Shown piece after piece: positions 1 to 13,270 of a stretch of 64,000 nucleotides of DNA. The stretch covers positions 76,136,001 through 76,200,000 of the forward strand of contig OX597819.1 in NCBI GenBank assembly GCA_951406725.2. Reading direction: 5' to 3'. Within the stretch, counting starts at the first letter, position 1. Each line of letters starts with the position of its first letter. The notes under the pieces are model-generated. The model saw only the letters and a program-made list of their open reading frames with translations, made no database searches and had not been told where the DNA came from. A program made the position numbers and the translations under genes. The stretch is from Octopus vulgaris (lineage: Eukaryota).

Positions 1-36
1 GTCTTCACGGTCATTTGAAGACCAAAACTAGCTTCC

Positions 37-148
37 TAACTTCATTCCTTGTCGAGTCATCGCATTCTGAAAGTCGCGAAACTTTGACTGCATTTAACTT
101 CATTCCTTGCCGAGTTATCGCATTCTGAAAGTCGCGAAACTTTGACTG
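37..148. repeat. Local tandem duplication, 2 copies with ~58-bp period
   Basis: taacttcattccttg(t/c)cgagt(c/t)atcgcattctgaaagtcgcgaaactttgactg at 37-90 and 95-148, 2 substitutions. Confidence 0.9.
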
Positions 149-919
149 AATTTTTCTCGCTTTTTAAGTTGTGGCACTTATGACGGTCTGTCACTAAACG
201 CCTCATATGAAACTAAAGCAAGGAATTAGAATTAATAACTAGATCAGATATGGTCTCAAAACCATATATTAATAAGCTGTTTACATTAATATAGATTATT
301 CTGGCATTTATAATATTCAAACGGCCAATAGCTTACGTGAAAAGGCCATTAGAAACATTTGTATCAGCTATAGGTAAATGGATCACTTAATGAAGACAGC
401 TAGAAACAAATACGAAAGATTTTAAATCATTTTAGGAACTGAATACCAAAATGCTCTTGGCATTATATATACTGGACAATGTATAAACATAGCAACTTCA
501 ATACTAATGCAGTATATCAACTGCTCCGTGCAAAAATGGAACAGATCAATAACAAAGAGTGATAACTATGGGTAGCCATATTCCTATAAGAAAATAATTT
601 TTTCAGGTAAACTACCTTATTTCTAACTTTGTCTCCATTTATATATTGTCTAAGTAGTTGCATTTCACACACACACATACACACACGCACACAGATACCC
701 GTACACAGACACACGCACACATACGTATGTGTGAAGTAAAGCATAAGCAGGCGGTCGACTATAACATATTCAAGAGAAATGCAAGTATACGTATACGTAA
801 AGGAATATAGATAGCAGGAATTTAGAAAGAGACCCACACGGATCTTCGTAATAGATGTAGGTAGGTATATTCCATAAAGAAGAAATGAAGATCGGAGTTG
901 ACAGAAAAGTGGTGCGCAG

Positions 920-970
<51 letters not shown>

Positions 971-1050
971 CACACTCACTCATACACACTCACACCCACA
1001 CACAAGTATACACACACGCTCACACACACACGCTTACGCACACACATATA

Positions 1051-1135
1051 CGTAGCCCCAGTCGTAGCTGCGTGGTAAGAAGTTTGCCTCCCAACCATAT
1101 GGTTCTGTGTTCGATTTCACTGCGTGGCACTTTGC
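1051..1135 (+). mobile_element. tRNA-derived SINE family A, 5' head fragment
   Basis: gtagctgcgtggtaagaagtttgcctcccaaccatatggttctgtgttcgatttcactgcgtggcac aligns with the head of the full copy at 62369. Confidence 0.7.
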
Positions 1136-1537
1136 ATCACCTTGTGTCTTATGGCTCTAATCCCTGGCAGTGCACCCTACATAGTCATGAAGGATCCACC
1201 ACAAATTCATATTATACACCTTATTACCTTGGGATTATATGACGTAGGATATTCTAGAAACTCTATCAAATAAGCTCTACACAAGGCTGCTGTTGGAGAC
1301 GAATGACCCAGTTAGGCGAATGGAATGGAAAGCCTTTTAAACTCTTCACTTAACCGTTGCTCTCTTTACCTCCAATAATAGAGACTAATCACCATATTTT
1401 CTTCAATAAATGTCATCTAAGAAGAGCGCTGGGTTATATAATCAGGCTGTTATCTAACACTCTCTTGAAACTCTGGTGCGTAACCGATTAGTAAGATCGG
1501 CTGTAAGGAATATATATTATAATGTATATTTCGCTTA

Positions 1538-1618
<81 letters not shown>

Positions 1619-1679
1619 ATCTATCTATCGTGATAGAGGATAAATATGCGCCTAATCGTTTTATATATACGTATTATTT

Positions 1680-1880
1680 TATTCATTCACGTGTTTCAGT
1701 CATTTTGAGTGCGGCCATGCTAGACCGTTTGTCGAACAAATCAATCCCAGGATTTATTATTTGTAAACCTAGTACTTATTCTATCGGTCTCTTCTGCCGA
1801 ACTGCTATATTTCGGGGACGTAAACACACCAACATCGGTTGTCAAGCAATGGTTGGGGGACAAACACAGACACACACATA
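1680..1880 (-). mobile_element. SINE family A, 3' half
   Basis: Reverse complement of the 62575-62750 segment (ttgacaaccgatg...gtttacgtcccc...gatagaataagtactagg...atgactgaaac). Confidence 0.8.
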
Positions 1881-3658
1881 TATACACTTACGATGCCGCA
1901 CGCACACACACACAATCACACAAACACACACATATGTACATTATCTATAATTTTGTGTGCGTGCGTGCGTATACGATTCAAATATTAATTAGCCATTCAT
2001 TATGAAAACCTATGCGATTCATTGACTAGATGCTTTCTGCGCTTTACGAGTTCTACATAGTACATTAAATGAAGATATAAACATTCATAGAGCCCTGGGG
2101 ATAAAATATAACACTCGTAATGGATTCGAAGTCACGAATCTGGAGTTGATAGCTGAGTACCATTTCTATTCGATTATTTTGACTCTATTTTCTTATATTA
2201 GTAAAGGAATAGATTAATCACTCTGGCTAACGAGCTGAAAATAACTGTTATTTGCCACTGTTGGCATCATTCTATTGATATATTAAAGCATATGTAATAC
2301 TTTACAGAAATTTGACAGAGTTTGGTGTGGAAATTGGTAAAATGTTTAGGTTATTGATTTTATAATATTTGTAAATAAACTTTTTGTTGTCGATAAGTCA
2401 TCCATTTTTATATAATGACAACATTTAGCTCCTCTTGTCAAAGAGTGAATATACATCATACTGGTGATTCCACCAGGAATTAAATCTTGTGTTTTCTTCT
2501 AATTTGTTATAAGAGAAACGCCTCGATTATACACTAAATCCACATTCCCATAGTAATATATATCGTTGATGCAAAATATATAAAAAAAATCATAGAACCT
2601 ATTTGCGTCTCACGTAGTTTAATAATGCGTGAGTGCTAGTAACTTTCAGCTGTATTATTTATCAGAAAAGATAGATAATTGTGATAATAATACTTCTAAT
2701 ACAGACACAAGACCACACATTTATAAAGAGAACACAGCGGTTTGATTCTAAATTAAAAAAAAAAAAACACAAAATGTCATGAGTAAACAATGATTGCTCC
2801 ATTTGGAGCTGGAAAAAATTCGTCAGAACAGTGAAAGGTGAAGATGGTTAGGTGAGAGAGGAAATTGGAGAAGAAATAGCAGAAAGGTTTAAAATCGAGC
2901 AAACTGCAATGATAAAGACCTATTGTAGAGATGAAGACTAAGAGTCAATTTGAGCAGTAAAGTCGTGATTAAATACCTTAATAAAGATAAGTAATAGGAA
3001 CACTGAAGGAAAAACAGAAAGACGAACTTCAAAGAAAGTTAACATTAAATATAAAGTATCACAGGTTGCAAAGCAATTAAGTCAACTGTGCAGAAGCCTT
3101 TCTACAGCAACTTAGAAATTATTTTGGTACTATCACCAATGTCTATGTGAAATAAACGCAATCTCATAAAAATCTATATGAAAAGAATTGGGTAATCTAG
3201 CTGTTTCCACAACTACCAAATATATTAGCTAGTGTAGAAAGAGACCGCATCTTGTGAATTTTAATACAAATAGCAGCCAATCACAGGGGATAAATATAAA
3301 GCGACTATAACGCTCAAGATGAAGAGCCGAGCTAGTTTCTATACAACCTAAAAATCCTGCCCCTCTGAGCTTGTGAATATTCATTCTGAGTGCACTACAA
3401 TAAAGATATTAAACAAAAAATTTGAAAATATCAAGGCAGGAATTCAATGATAACTACATTCAGCTTAGGGATAACCGAACAAAACCGGTGTATCGACAAG
3501 AAAGTAACTGAGGCATTTAATTGTATCAGCATTATTTCCGTTAGTAAGGAAAAATGTGCTTTCGGGATACAGGTCACTAGTGTTGCCAAGTGTAATAGAA
3601 ACCAATGGTAACTTCCTGACCGGTTGTGTGCCGGTTATATAACATGCACGCACACGCA

Positions 3659-3748
<90 letters not shown>

Positions 3749-3750
3749 TA

Positions 3751-4011
3751 CTTTGTTGTTGGATCTGGTTTGCAAGATTCTTCATGTGAGTTCGTGTGTT
3801 GAAGCATTTTATGTTGTGTCTGGGGAGAGTCATTTTCTTTTAATGCCTTATAATTTAACACACTCACCGGTAAAATTTCAAAACTATTGAAAAGGTTGCA
3901 AGACGCAACGAAAATTTTAGCAAAATAAGGAAAGAAATGAGTGGATATTTTACCGGTGAATGTGTTAAATTATAAGGCACTAAAAGAGAATGACTCTCCC
4001 CACACACAACA
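3751..4011. mobile_element. Fold-back element with ~67-bp inverted arms, probably PLE-derived, between (TA)n/(GA)n tracts
   Basis: Arms 3812-3878 and 3944-4011 are reverse complements (ggggagagtcatt...accggtaaaat / attttaccggt...aatgactctcccc); second copy at 9477-9740. Confidence 0.75.
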
Positions 4012-4058
<47 letters not shown>

Positions 4059-6034
4059 CACACATACACGCATACACATATATACGCAAGTTACACGCAT
4101 GACACAAAGTTTTAGCGTTGTAATTTTCTAAGAACCGGTGTCGTTTATGTGTATTGCGCCGCATATTTCTTGGTGAAAAGCTCGATGCTTAAACAACATT
4201 TGTGGTTGTTTTCTTTTCTCTACCGTACTTCAGTGTCTTCATATGATGACTTCTCCTCCTTAAATAAACACACCAGATATTTTGTTCACTAGACTCACGT
4301 ATGGAATTCTCTAAAAGCAGCATCTGTATTTGCACCAACATCAATACTTACACCAGCATCAATACCGTTCCTCTCTCTTATGTAATATTAATGTTGATGT
4401 TCCTTAGCTAATTTGTTCAGATGCTAACAGCAAGCATAACTTAACGCTCGCTATTGTAATTAAGGTCTGAAATGGCATATCGGTATTTCTTTAAGATGAC
4501 ATCAAACATTTCTCGATGTTTGTCTCTGTACATGATGACTCATTTTCATCATCGATTTAGAAGAACAAAAGTTCAGTTAATGTTTGTATTCGTTGAGAGC
4601 ATTTCAATACAAACGATGCGGATCGGAATGAAAACATTAGCAAGCTAAAGATGTTGCGCAAAGTATGATAATATTTAATTGTGGTATAGGAGAGAAGCGT
4701 CATATATTCTCATATGATGGTATTCGATATCGTAATTTTCAATTAATTCCTTGTCACTCGATCGACCGCGTTCTTCATTATTTTCTTTATTACCAAACAT
4801 CTTATCTTTGCTATTATATCTATTTTCTGTATAATGATCTCCAATAAAAACAAATCGTCTTCCATCTTTGTATCAGCAGGTCACAGATCATATCTACTGC
4901 TATAAACGTTTCGCATATTTGATATCACTCGTAGTACAAAAAACACTGCATCAAGTAAATATCCATGAATTGATCTCAAGATAGGAAACCAACTCGATAA
5001 CTTTATAGTTCTTCAGCTGCAGGCAGTGGAAAACTTATATATCACTCTATAGTAGCTACTTTCCATCTGATGAGTTATTGACTGTGATATAATCTATTAA
5101 TTCAAGAACTCAATTTTAGTGTTATCGTCTATAAAGACACTAATCTGTGTATTCTATCCCACTAGTTAAATCACGTCCTCAAACTCTAAAATCCTGCAGA
5201 ATAACTGATCTAACGACGGTATATCTATGTGACTGATTGAGCTGCTAGAAATAATATGCAAATGTTCCTCAAATTGCACCCTATCGTTATCAAAAATGGC
5301 GAAACGTCGATAATGTATTCTTTGATACATAATGAAGTGGAGGGTGATTACGATAGGGAAATATTTTCACATAAATCTGCTCATTTAAGTCTCATCGGAA
5401 GCTAAGCAACAACTACTTAACAGTGAATCATGATGAGATAGAACAGTGCTCCATTTGTAAGAGACGACTTTACATACGCAAAAGCGATGGTAAATATATA
5501 CCTATTTGTTAAATAAATTCTTCCTTCTCCTTATGTTATTTCTGAAGATGATATACTGTTGATTTGCTTTAAAGTTCAACAGACTTTGAGATAGCATTCT
5601 GTACCTTCTGTGTCATAATGCTATATTTTAATAGATAACTATTCCGTATATGTCGTATTGGGCTTACAATCTTTCGGGAACAAGTTCAATTATTGGACAG
5701 ACCAGAGCGTTGTACTCCTAAACAAGCTTTTCATTTCACATTGTTCAAATAGATTCAGCTGAATGGAATACCGCTGGCTCTGGAGCGTAATGTAGTGACA
5801 GACTAGTGTCACGTTGAGCCTGAACATCAGCCTAAATGCCTTCGAAATTCAGGCCTCCGGTAAGTTTCTTGTTCACATATTTCCATCTTATAAGAGCAAT
5901 ACTTGTCAACGAAGTCTAGTACAATAAATTTTCTCCAGAAAATATTAAAACAAGGCTAGAAACAATAGCCTAGTTTGACCCAAATAATATTTTACAGTCT
6001 AATGATGTTCTACTTTAAAATTAAAGTTACCTTT

Positions 6035-6270
6035 TCGAGTCATGCCAACTCATAAAGGGCCGGTTTCCTCGTTTCATAGCATATGTATTCCCCATTAGGA
6101 CAAGTTGCCTGTCTGTCAAAGAATACTTACTTTTGCTAGCTGAGTGAACTGGAGCAACGTGAAATGAAGTGCTTTGCTCAACAACACAACTCATCGTTCG
6201 GTTCAAGAATCGGAACCACAGTCTTACGACCTTGAGTCCAACATTTTAACCACTAAGCCACGCGCTCCAC
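6035..6270 (-). mobile_element. tRNA-derived SINE family C (CORE-like central domain)
   Basis: Minus strand begins ggagcgcgtggcttagtggtta (A box), has a ggttccgattc B-box-like motif, then ttgagcaaagcacttcatttcacgttgctccagttcactcagct; related copies at 37498-37800(+), ~30960-31140(-), ~11870-12030(-). Confidence 0.75.
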
Positions 6271-6593
6271 TTCTACTTTGGGGAATAGCAACTCAAAAGG
6301 ATTCAAATAGTGGAATAAATTTTGTACTACAAGGAAAAGAGAAGTCTGGAGTTTCGAGCAGAAACTTTTGATGCAGAGATATGAAATGTTTGATTCTGTT
6401 CACTAGATTTTGACTTGTCATAATTACGAAAAATTACTATATAAGTTTTTCCTGACATTTAATTTTTATATTTGATTTGCATGATTCTTGATGTGAAATT
6501 GTGTGTTGAAACAGATGCGGGGCAGGGTCATTATGCCAATATTAAACAGGTATACTGGTACTATCTAACTTCTTTTATTATTATTACTCAGCT

Positions 6594-6778
6594 AAAGGTG
6601 TCAAGCTAGCAGAATCGTTAAGAACGCCGAACAAAATGCTTCTGAGTTCAAATTCTGCCGAGGTCGATTTGACCTTTCATCCTTTCGGGTTCGATGAAAT
6701 AAGTACCAGCTGATCACTTGAGGTCGATGTAATCGACTGTATACCCTCAGCCAAAGTTTCACGCTTTCTGTCTATAAT
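6594..6778 (+). mobile_element. tRNA-derived SINE family B
   Basis: agctagcagaatcgtta...ctgagttcaaattctgccgaggtcgatttgacctttcatcctttcggg...aagtaccag...gtcgatgtaatcgact; many copies in the window. Confidence 0.8.
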
Positions 6779-6786
6779 ATACAGTG

Positions 6787-6957
6787 ATTTAATCAATTAA
6801 CTTATCAATTGTTTGATTAATCGTTCGGTCAGTCAGTAAAGTGTAGAGGCCATGTCATTGATGAGGTCACGAATGGCGACGAAAGCACTCAGACTAACCT
6901 AACTGTTTGATTGACTGACTGAACGATTGATAAATCGATGTTTTAATTGATTAAATA
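6787..6957. repeat. Imperfect palindrome enclosing a degenerate hammerhead-like motif
   Basis: atttaatcaattaa...aatcgttcggtcagtcag versus ctgactgaacgatt...ttaattgattaaat; loop contains TTGATGA-g-gtc..gac-GAAA-gcac-TC (6858-6890). Confidence 0.6.
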
Positions 6958-7381
6958 ATTAACTAGTTGATTATAATTGACATAATGACCCGCTCAAGGT
7001 ACAGCCAAATACTATATTGGTGAAATATTAAACAAACATCGGTTGATACTTTTGATACTGCTCACTTGGATATTCATCAATGAAATTGTTGTTTTTTTAC
7101 CTCAGGGCACATAACAGTCTTTAATGTATATGTTTGGTGTAAAAATCAGTAGACATCACCCTTTAGCAATACCAAATCCAAATAATCAATTTTCGTTAAT
7201 GTAACAATGAAAAATAATGAATGACTCGTAATTGCAATATCTTCGTTTAATTCGCTGAAGGAAAAAGAGACTTGGAAGAGAGCATTCTGGCACTTCAAGA
7301 TATTGATTATACATACATGCAAATACATATACATACATATATGCATACATACATAAATACATATATACATACATACATACA

Positions 7382-7479
<98 letters not shown>

Positions 7480-7589
7480 AGTGTATATATATGTATAAAA
7501 GAAATTTAGGAAATGGAGTAGGTAAAATCCAGGCTATATATGTTTCCTACCCAGCAGAAACTCGGAAGTAGTAATTACCCAAGTGAGGC

Positions 7590-7670
<81 letters not shown>

Positions 7671-7899
7671 TGTGTGTGTGTGTGTGTCTGTGCGTGTATA
7701 TATAAAGAAAGAGAGAGATTTGTGAAACTGTGTTGAAACAGATATTGTAATATTTGGGGATGGTCATTTTCATTTCGGAGGATGGACTAACAGAACAGGA
7801 AGTGAGACATGGAATGGAAAGTTGCTGAAGATGTCACACAATGTGTGAAGAAAAATTTCATATAAGTGATAGGGTATATTGTCATCGCGAAGAATCCAG

Positions 7900-8413
7900 A
7901 CGTTAGGATTCCCTGCACGGACCCATACGAAAGACCAACAGCATCAGCAATGTTCGTTCATTGTCCTCCGACGATCCTCATGCACAAGCTGAAGAATATT
8001 TTCTCCACAATTCCGGGGGTGGCAGGTCTTGCAGATCACTCATCGTATTTCAAGGACCTTCTTACGCTTTTGAAGCGCCTGTGAAACTCGAAACATTGCG
8101 TAGGACCCATTGCCTCGTTGCCGTAACTTTGCCAAAGCATGCTCAATGCCCCTGTAGTAGAATTCCCAAGTTTAACACAAAATTTGACATTGACTCTTTG
8201 TTCCATCTTCCCGGTCCAAGACAAAAATCGCAGACTCTAGCATACATGTGATCACAAAAACACAAATTTCACAACTTGTGAAGTAAGCACAGCGATGTCA
8301 CTTGGCACGCTGCCTTGTGAACGTCACTGCTATCTCTCACAGCGCACGTAACCATGTGCTGCCATCTGTTGGCGCACTACAGCATTAATCCAGGAAATTT
8401 TTGGTACCAGTTC

Positions 8414-8416
<3 letters not shown>
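7900..8416 (-). mobile_element. Mariner transposon, 5' portion (TIR plus N-terminal HTH relic)
   Basis: ORF 8036-8224 MEQRVNVKFCVKLG...CFEFHRRFKSVRRSLKYDE is a typical mariner N-terminus; TA plus TIR-like cgaactggtaccaaaaatttcctgga at the right end. Confidence 0.85.
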
Positions 8417-8460
<44 letters not shown>

Positions 8461-8667
8461 TCAAAATGTGACCGCGTGTGTACCGTTGGCGATTTTTTCC
8501 TCCGTCTTCCTTCTTTGGAACTTTCCTTTTCCTATGTTTCTGACGAAGAGCTCCGCTCGAAACGTTAAACCTTCCTTCTTTCCTTCTTTCCTGAGCGTCC
8601 AATAATACTATACTTGTTCCACGTCCTCGCGTTGTTGTGTTTTCTCTCTGTGTTTTCATGCTTGGAT

Positions 8668-8671
<4 letters not shown>
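8461..8671 (+). mobile_element. Short PLE pseudo-LTR-like element with minimal hammerhead, inserted in (TA)n
   Basis: gttt-CTGACGA-a-GAGC-tcc-GCTC-GAAA-C-GTT-aaac at 8536-8570; (TA)n on both sides; homologous copy at 36228-36421(-). Confidence 0.75.
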
Positions 8672-8736
<65 letters not shown>

Positions 8737-9476
8737 GTTAGAAACACCGCGTTCTAAGTGTTGATGGGTGTCATCAGTGGCATAGGCTTCCGGAAGTGAA
8801 CATTACTCTCTCTGGAAACTGAATGTAGCAATCATTCTTCTCCGAGAATTAATTATCTAATAAACTAATTGCTGATAAACGTAGACCTAGTAAATCTCTG
8901 TCTTATAAAATAATTATTGAGAAAGAACATGAAAGTTTTAGAAATATTTTTCTTTTTAAACTGACCTATAAAATTATTAGAACTCTTTGTAAGGCTTAAT
9001 GATATCAAATGTTTATCCCTATATACTTGAAAACATCACAGTTGCATTCGAAGTAAGCTTATGTTTAAGAAATGACATTGACAATGAGCATCTGCCAATG
9101 AATTTAGTCTTAACTTATCCGTGTGCTGTATAGTACATGAGCTGATATTAGATTTCCCTCTCCAAAAACACAAATGAAATATTGAAAAGTTAATCTACTT
9201 TGATGGATGTCAACTTCGAAGTCAAGATAGAAAGATTTTAAGGCAAATTTCCCATTCTTTAATGCACTCGTATCAATGAGGTCAAATCCGGTGAAAGTAC
9301 AATATTGTTCTAAATTCTTCTGACACCACCATTGATAAAAAGATGAAATTCAGTAATCTGGAATTAAAAAGAAAGCTAGTTATATGATAATAAGGAAAAT
9401 GAAGCAAAATTCTAATAGATAATGTGAAATACAACAAAACATGCAAACAAACAAACAGAAATCATATAAAAGATAT

Positions 9477-9740
9477 TTCGTTTTTGGATTTCGTTTGCAA
9501 GAATGTTTATATGAGTTCGTGTGTTGAAGCATATTCTGTTGTGTCTGGTGAGAGTAATTTTCTTTCTGTGCTTTATAATTTAACACACTCATCGGTAAAA
9601 TCTCCACTTATTTCTTGTTTTTATTTTCCTAAAATTTTTGTTGCTTCTTGCAACCTTTTCAATAGTGGAAATTTTACCGGTGAGTGTGTTAAATTATAAG
9701 GCACAACAAGAAAATGACTCTCCCCAGACACAAAAGAATA
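9477..9740. mobile_element. Second copy of the 3751-4011 fold-back element, with central loop inverted
   Basis: Same left arm (tttgcaaga...gagttcgtgtgttgaagcat...) and same inverted arms; its loop is the reverse complement of the loop in copy 1. Confidence 0.75.
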
Positions 9741-10157
9741 TAAAAGATACATAAAGAAGACACGAAAATTACGCTTGATTTTAAAATATCATTATGTGAA
9801 CCGAAACAAAGCTACACAGAAATTGTTTAAACTGAATATTTCTGTGTTTTGTTCTGTACCTCTCTGTTCATATTCAAATCCTAGTATTAGGTTTGAATTT
9901 CAACACTGTAGTATCTTGTATATTGTTAGCTTTAATCTATTATATTTCCATCACCTATACTCCCATAGGAGGTGGACTATGTAATTTGTTTCACATCACT
10001 TCTTAAATAAAAAAAAAAAAACCATCTATATTTAGATTCCTGAGATTGATATCTGTTTTGGAATCTTCATTGAAGACACACCAATTTGCTTATAATACAT
10101 TTTAGAAAAAAAGAAAGAAAAAAGGGAATCACACAATCTCATTACGAGTTTACGAGC

Positions 10158-10208
<51 letters not shown>

Positions 10209-10218
10209 AGAGAGAGAT

Positions 10219-10249
<31 letters not shown>

Positions 10250-10582
10250 AAAAGAGAAAGAGAGAGAGAGCCACTGCGGCTTGCAAGAATTGTCAGAAAT
10301 AGGAGCTAAGTAATGAAAGATGTCTTTTTTGACGTTATTGGTTCCTAATAATAATAATACGACTCAAATATGATGAGACAGTTATAATCAATTACATTGT
10401 TGTAGCACAACACGGGTGTTTTATTTGGTCAACCTCAGAAAGTAAAGTACAGCAGAGCGAGAGTTGAACTCAAAATATTAAAAAAGAGACGTAACTAATT
10501 ACCTGAAGGTATTCCTTCCATCACTCCAGCGATTTTGCTGATCCCTTAGTCTTGTCTTTGTCGTCAATATTAACGGCATCAA

Positions 10583-10800
10583 GGAGGAGAGCTGGCAGAA
10601 TCGTTAGCGAACCGGTAAATGCTTAGCGACATTTTGTCCGTCTTTACATTCTGAGTTCAAATTCCGTCATGGTCGACTTTGCTTTTCATCCTTTCGGGGT
10701 TGGTAAAGGAATTTGCCAGTTGAGTACTGGGATTAATGTAATGGATTTACCCAGACCCACAAAACTGCTAGCCTTGTGTCAAAATTCGAAACCAGTATTA
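10583..10800 (+). mobile_element. SINE family B, near full length
   Basis: gagctggcagaatcgttagc...ctgagttcaaattcc...gcttttcatcctttcgggg...aaaattcgaaaccagtatt. Confidence 0.8.
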
Positions 10801-10898
10801 ACGATATCATATCTGTCTCTATCTACACTCCATATATTACCAACTACTCCACATACACAGATACATAGACATAGATGCACACACATACACACTCACAC

Positions 10899-10960
<62 letters not shown>

Positions 10961-11490
10961 CATATATATATATCCATTGATTAGGTTTAAACTGTAAATT
11001 ATTGCTTAAAGACCATTTCAATGTTTTTTTTTCTGTCACAGCGTGATGTTAATATTTATTTGCTTGTTCGTGTTTCAAAGTTTAAAATTAGACGAAATAC
11101 TAACGAAGCAGAACTCTTACGTAATGATATAAAACTTCTGTTACATTATATATCTCTGAGCTGAATGTTGGACTGTAGCCGATGGCCTAGGTAAGAATTA
11201 AGTGATAGATTATTTACTAAATATCTGATTTGCTATTACTTGTATGATATTAGACGACAATATTCCTCATCTTAGTCGTATAACCTTGGCTACAACAGGC
11301 ATGCCATTAACATTTAACTCTATTTACGAAGCTGCGTCCTGATAAAGCTACTACGTTTCTCCAATATTAATTCGTTAATTTTAGTATTGATGACATTTAC
11401 AGGTAATTAAACAAATTTGGCGCTGGGTTGACGATAGGAAGGCACACATTTTAAGTTTTAAATGATCCACACATTCCAGCTATTACTAAA

Positions 11491-11695
11491 TACCATGGGG
11501 TGTTGAAAAGTTACTGGCTTTAAGAGTGTCACGAAAGGCCTCATTGGAGGCTCAATCTTCCAAGTTCTTATTGAGGGCTTAGGAAAACTGAAGTATCGCT
11601 GCAATATGTGTGTGAATTTGAGAGAAAATCATAATTAACTGATGCCCTGTATTTACTTTTAACCAAAGTCGGGAACTTTTCAGCAGCCGATCGTA
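11491..11695 (+). mobile_element. Mariner-derived MITE
   Basis: Imperfect TIRs ggggtgttgaaaagtt / aacttttcagcagccgatcgta; homologous to 58310-58501. Confidence 0.7.
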
Positions 11696-13218
11696 TAACT
11701 CATAAATGTATCGGTTGTTCATAGAGATGTATTCAATTTATCCAGGTTACATTGCACTCAATCTGTATTCCAGTATTGTTCCATCGATTCATTATAACGT
11801 GTGTGGTTTAGTATTTCATAGACAATTCAACTTTTTAACGTAATACACAATTTTAACTGGCATGACACTGTCGGAGAAGTTGAGACTCGTTTGTGTCTAT
11901 CCCGTTTTATTCCCAAGAAATTTGTCAGCTCGAAGCTCGAGCAGGAACGGTTACTCAAGATGCCAAGAAATGCGATCGAACGAAGTGAGGTAAGCTTTAT
12001 GACTTCAAAATGAACTTCTCAACCACTTGTTTTAGCTTCTTGCAATCATATGTGCCAGTTCACACATATAATCTGTACACTATAATGTATTACTAACCTT
12101 ATACATTTTAGCATACATGTTGTGTGTTTGGAAATTTAGAGTCGTTCAATTTGCTAAACAAATCTTTAAATAGCGACATGGTCATATGTCACTTTATCTA
12201 TCTTCAAAAAGTACGTGGACACATTGGATAATAAAGATACAGATACACTGGGTATGAATAACTGATGGGATTGTAATGGTTATGGTACATTTCCTCACGC
12301 GTTTAGCGTATAAAAGATGATTAAAGGTTACTCTAACACGTGATTTAGGTGCACTACTAACACAGCAGTAGATTGTATTGACTTACAAAAACTTTTAACA
12401 TACTTTGTAGCATATTATGGTTGCATAACGAAATACCGTGTGCCTACAAGTCATCAATGTATAAAAGATGGCTTACGGTTACACAACAACAATATTCTAT
12501 ACATCTTCACTAATGGTTTAAAATAGAAACTACTAAGTATCATTAAACTTTACATTACTATTTTCAGCAGTTAGTTGCAATGTATAGAAAGAATATGGTT
12601 GCTGTGTAGACTCTGGTCATCTTTCATTAGATAAAACTATGAACCACAATAGAGCATCTAAAATTACACCAGGCAATGTGTTTATAACTTGTGATGTGAA
12701 ATACATTTGTCTACTTTTTCTAGCAAGTCTAGCGACATGCTATTATTACCTCGTTATAGAATTTATTGGTGACAGGCGCTAAATGTCATCTTTCGGCAAA
12801 CCACATAATATTTCTGAGTTCGATGTTAAGAGTAATGAATAATTTTTTGTTATGTCATTTTCATAATTATTTAGACAGCTACGAAGGTGTGACAAAGTCG
12901 ACACAAGTGACATTTAAACATAAAATACTGAGGAAATAACTAAAATAAAGGAAAATGTCTTTATCTGGTAGTTTTGTTTTATTCTTTGGTTCAATATTTA
13001 CTGTTCAAATCTCATTTAGGTCATCTTTGTCTTTCACCAATATCTAGTTGCGAAAATAAATGATAAGAAAAAATTCTTTTGCAGAAGAACGTGGAAGTTT
13101 TACGAGGAGACTCTATCTGCTAAAAAGAATAGTCAAACATCTCTCAAGCCAAACGTCTCGTATGTTTTAAAAATTGAAAGATACCAAAGATACTATGATC
13201 ATAGACACATTAGAACAG

Positions 13219-13267
<49 letters not shown>

Positions 13268-13270
<3 letters not shown>

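Noticed and set aside
517-1242. Long ORFs rich in YI, HT, CV, YLSI or MYVC repeats, here and throughout the window
   Set aside because: They are translations of (TA)n, (CA)n, (TATC)n and (TATG)n microsatellites that lack stop codons, not genes.
8740-8790. CTGATGA on the minus strand followed by a cacc...ggtg stem
   Set aside because: No GAAA follows the stem, so the hammerhead core is incomplete.
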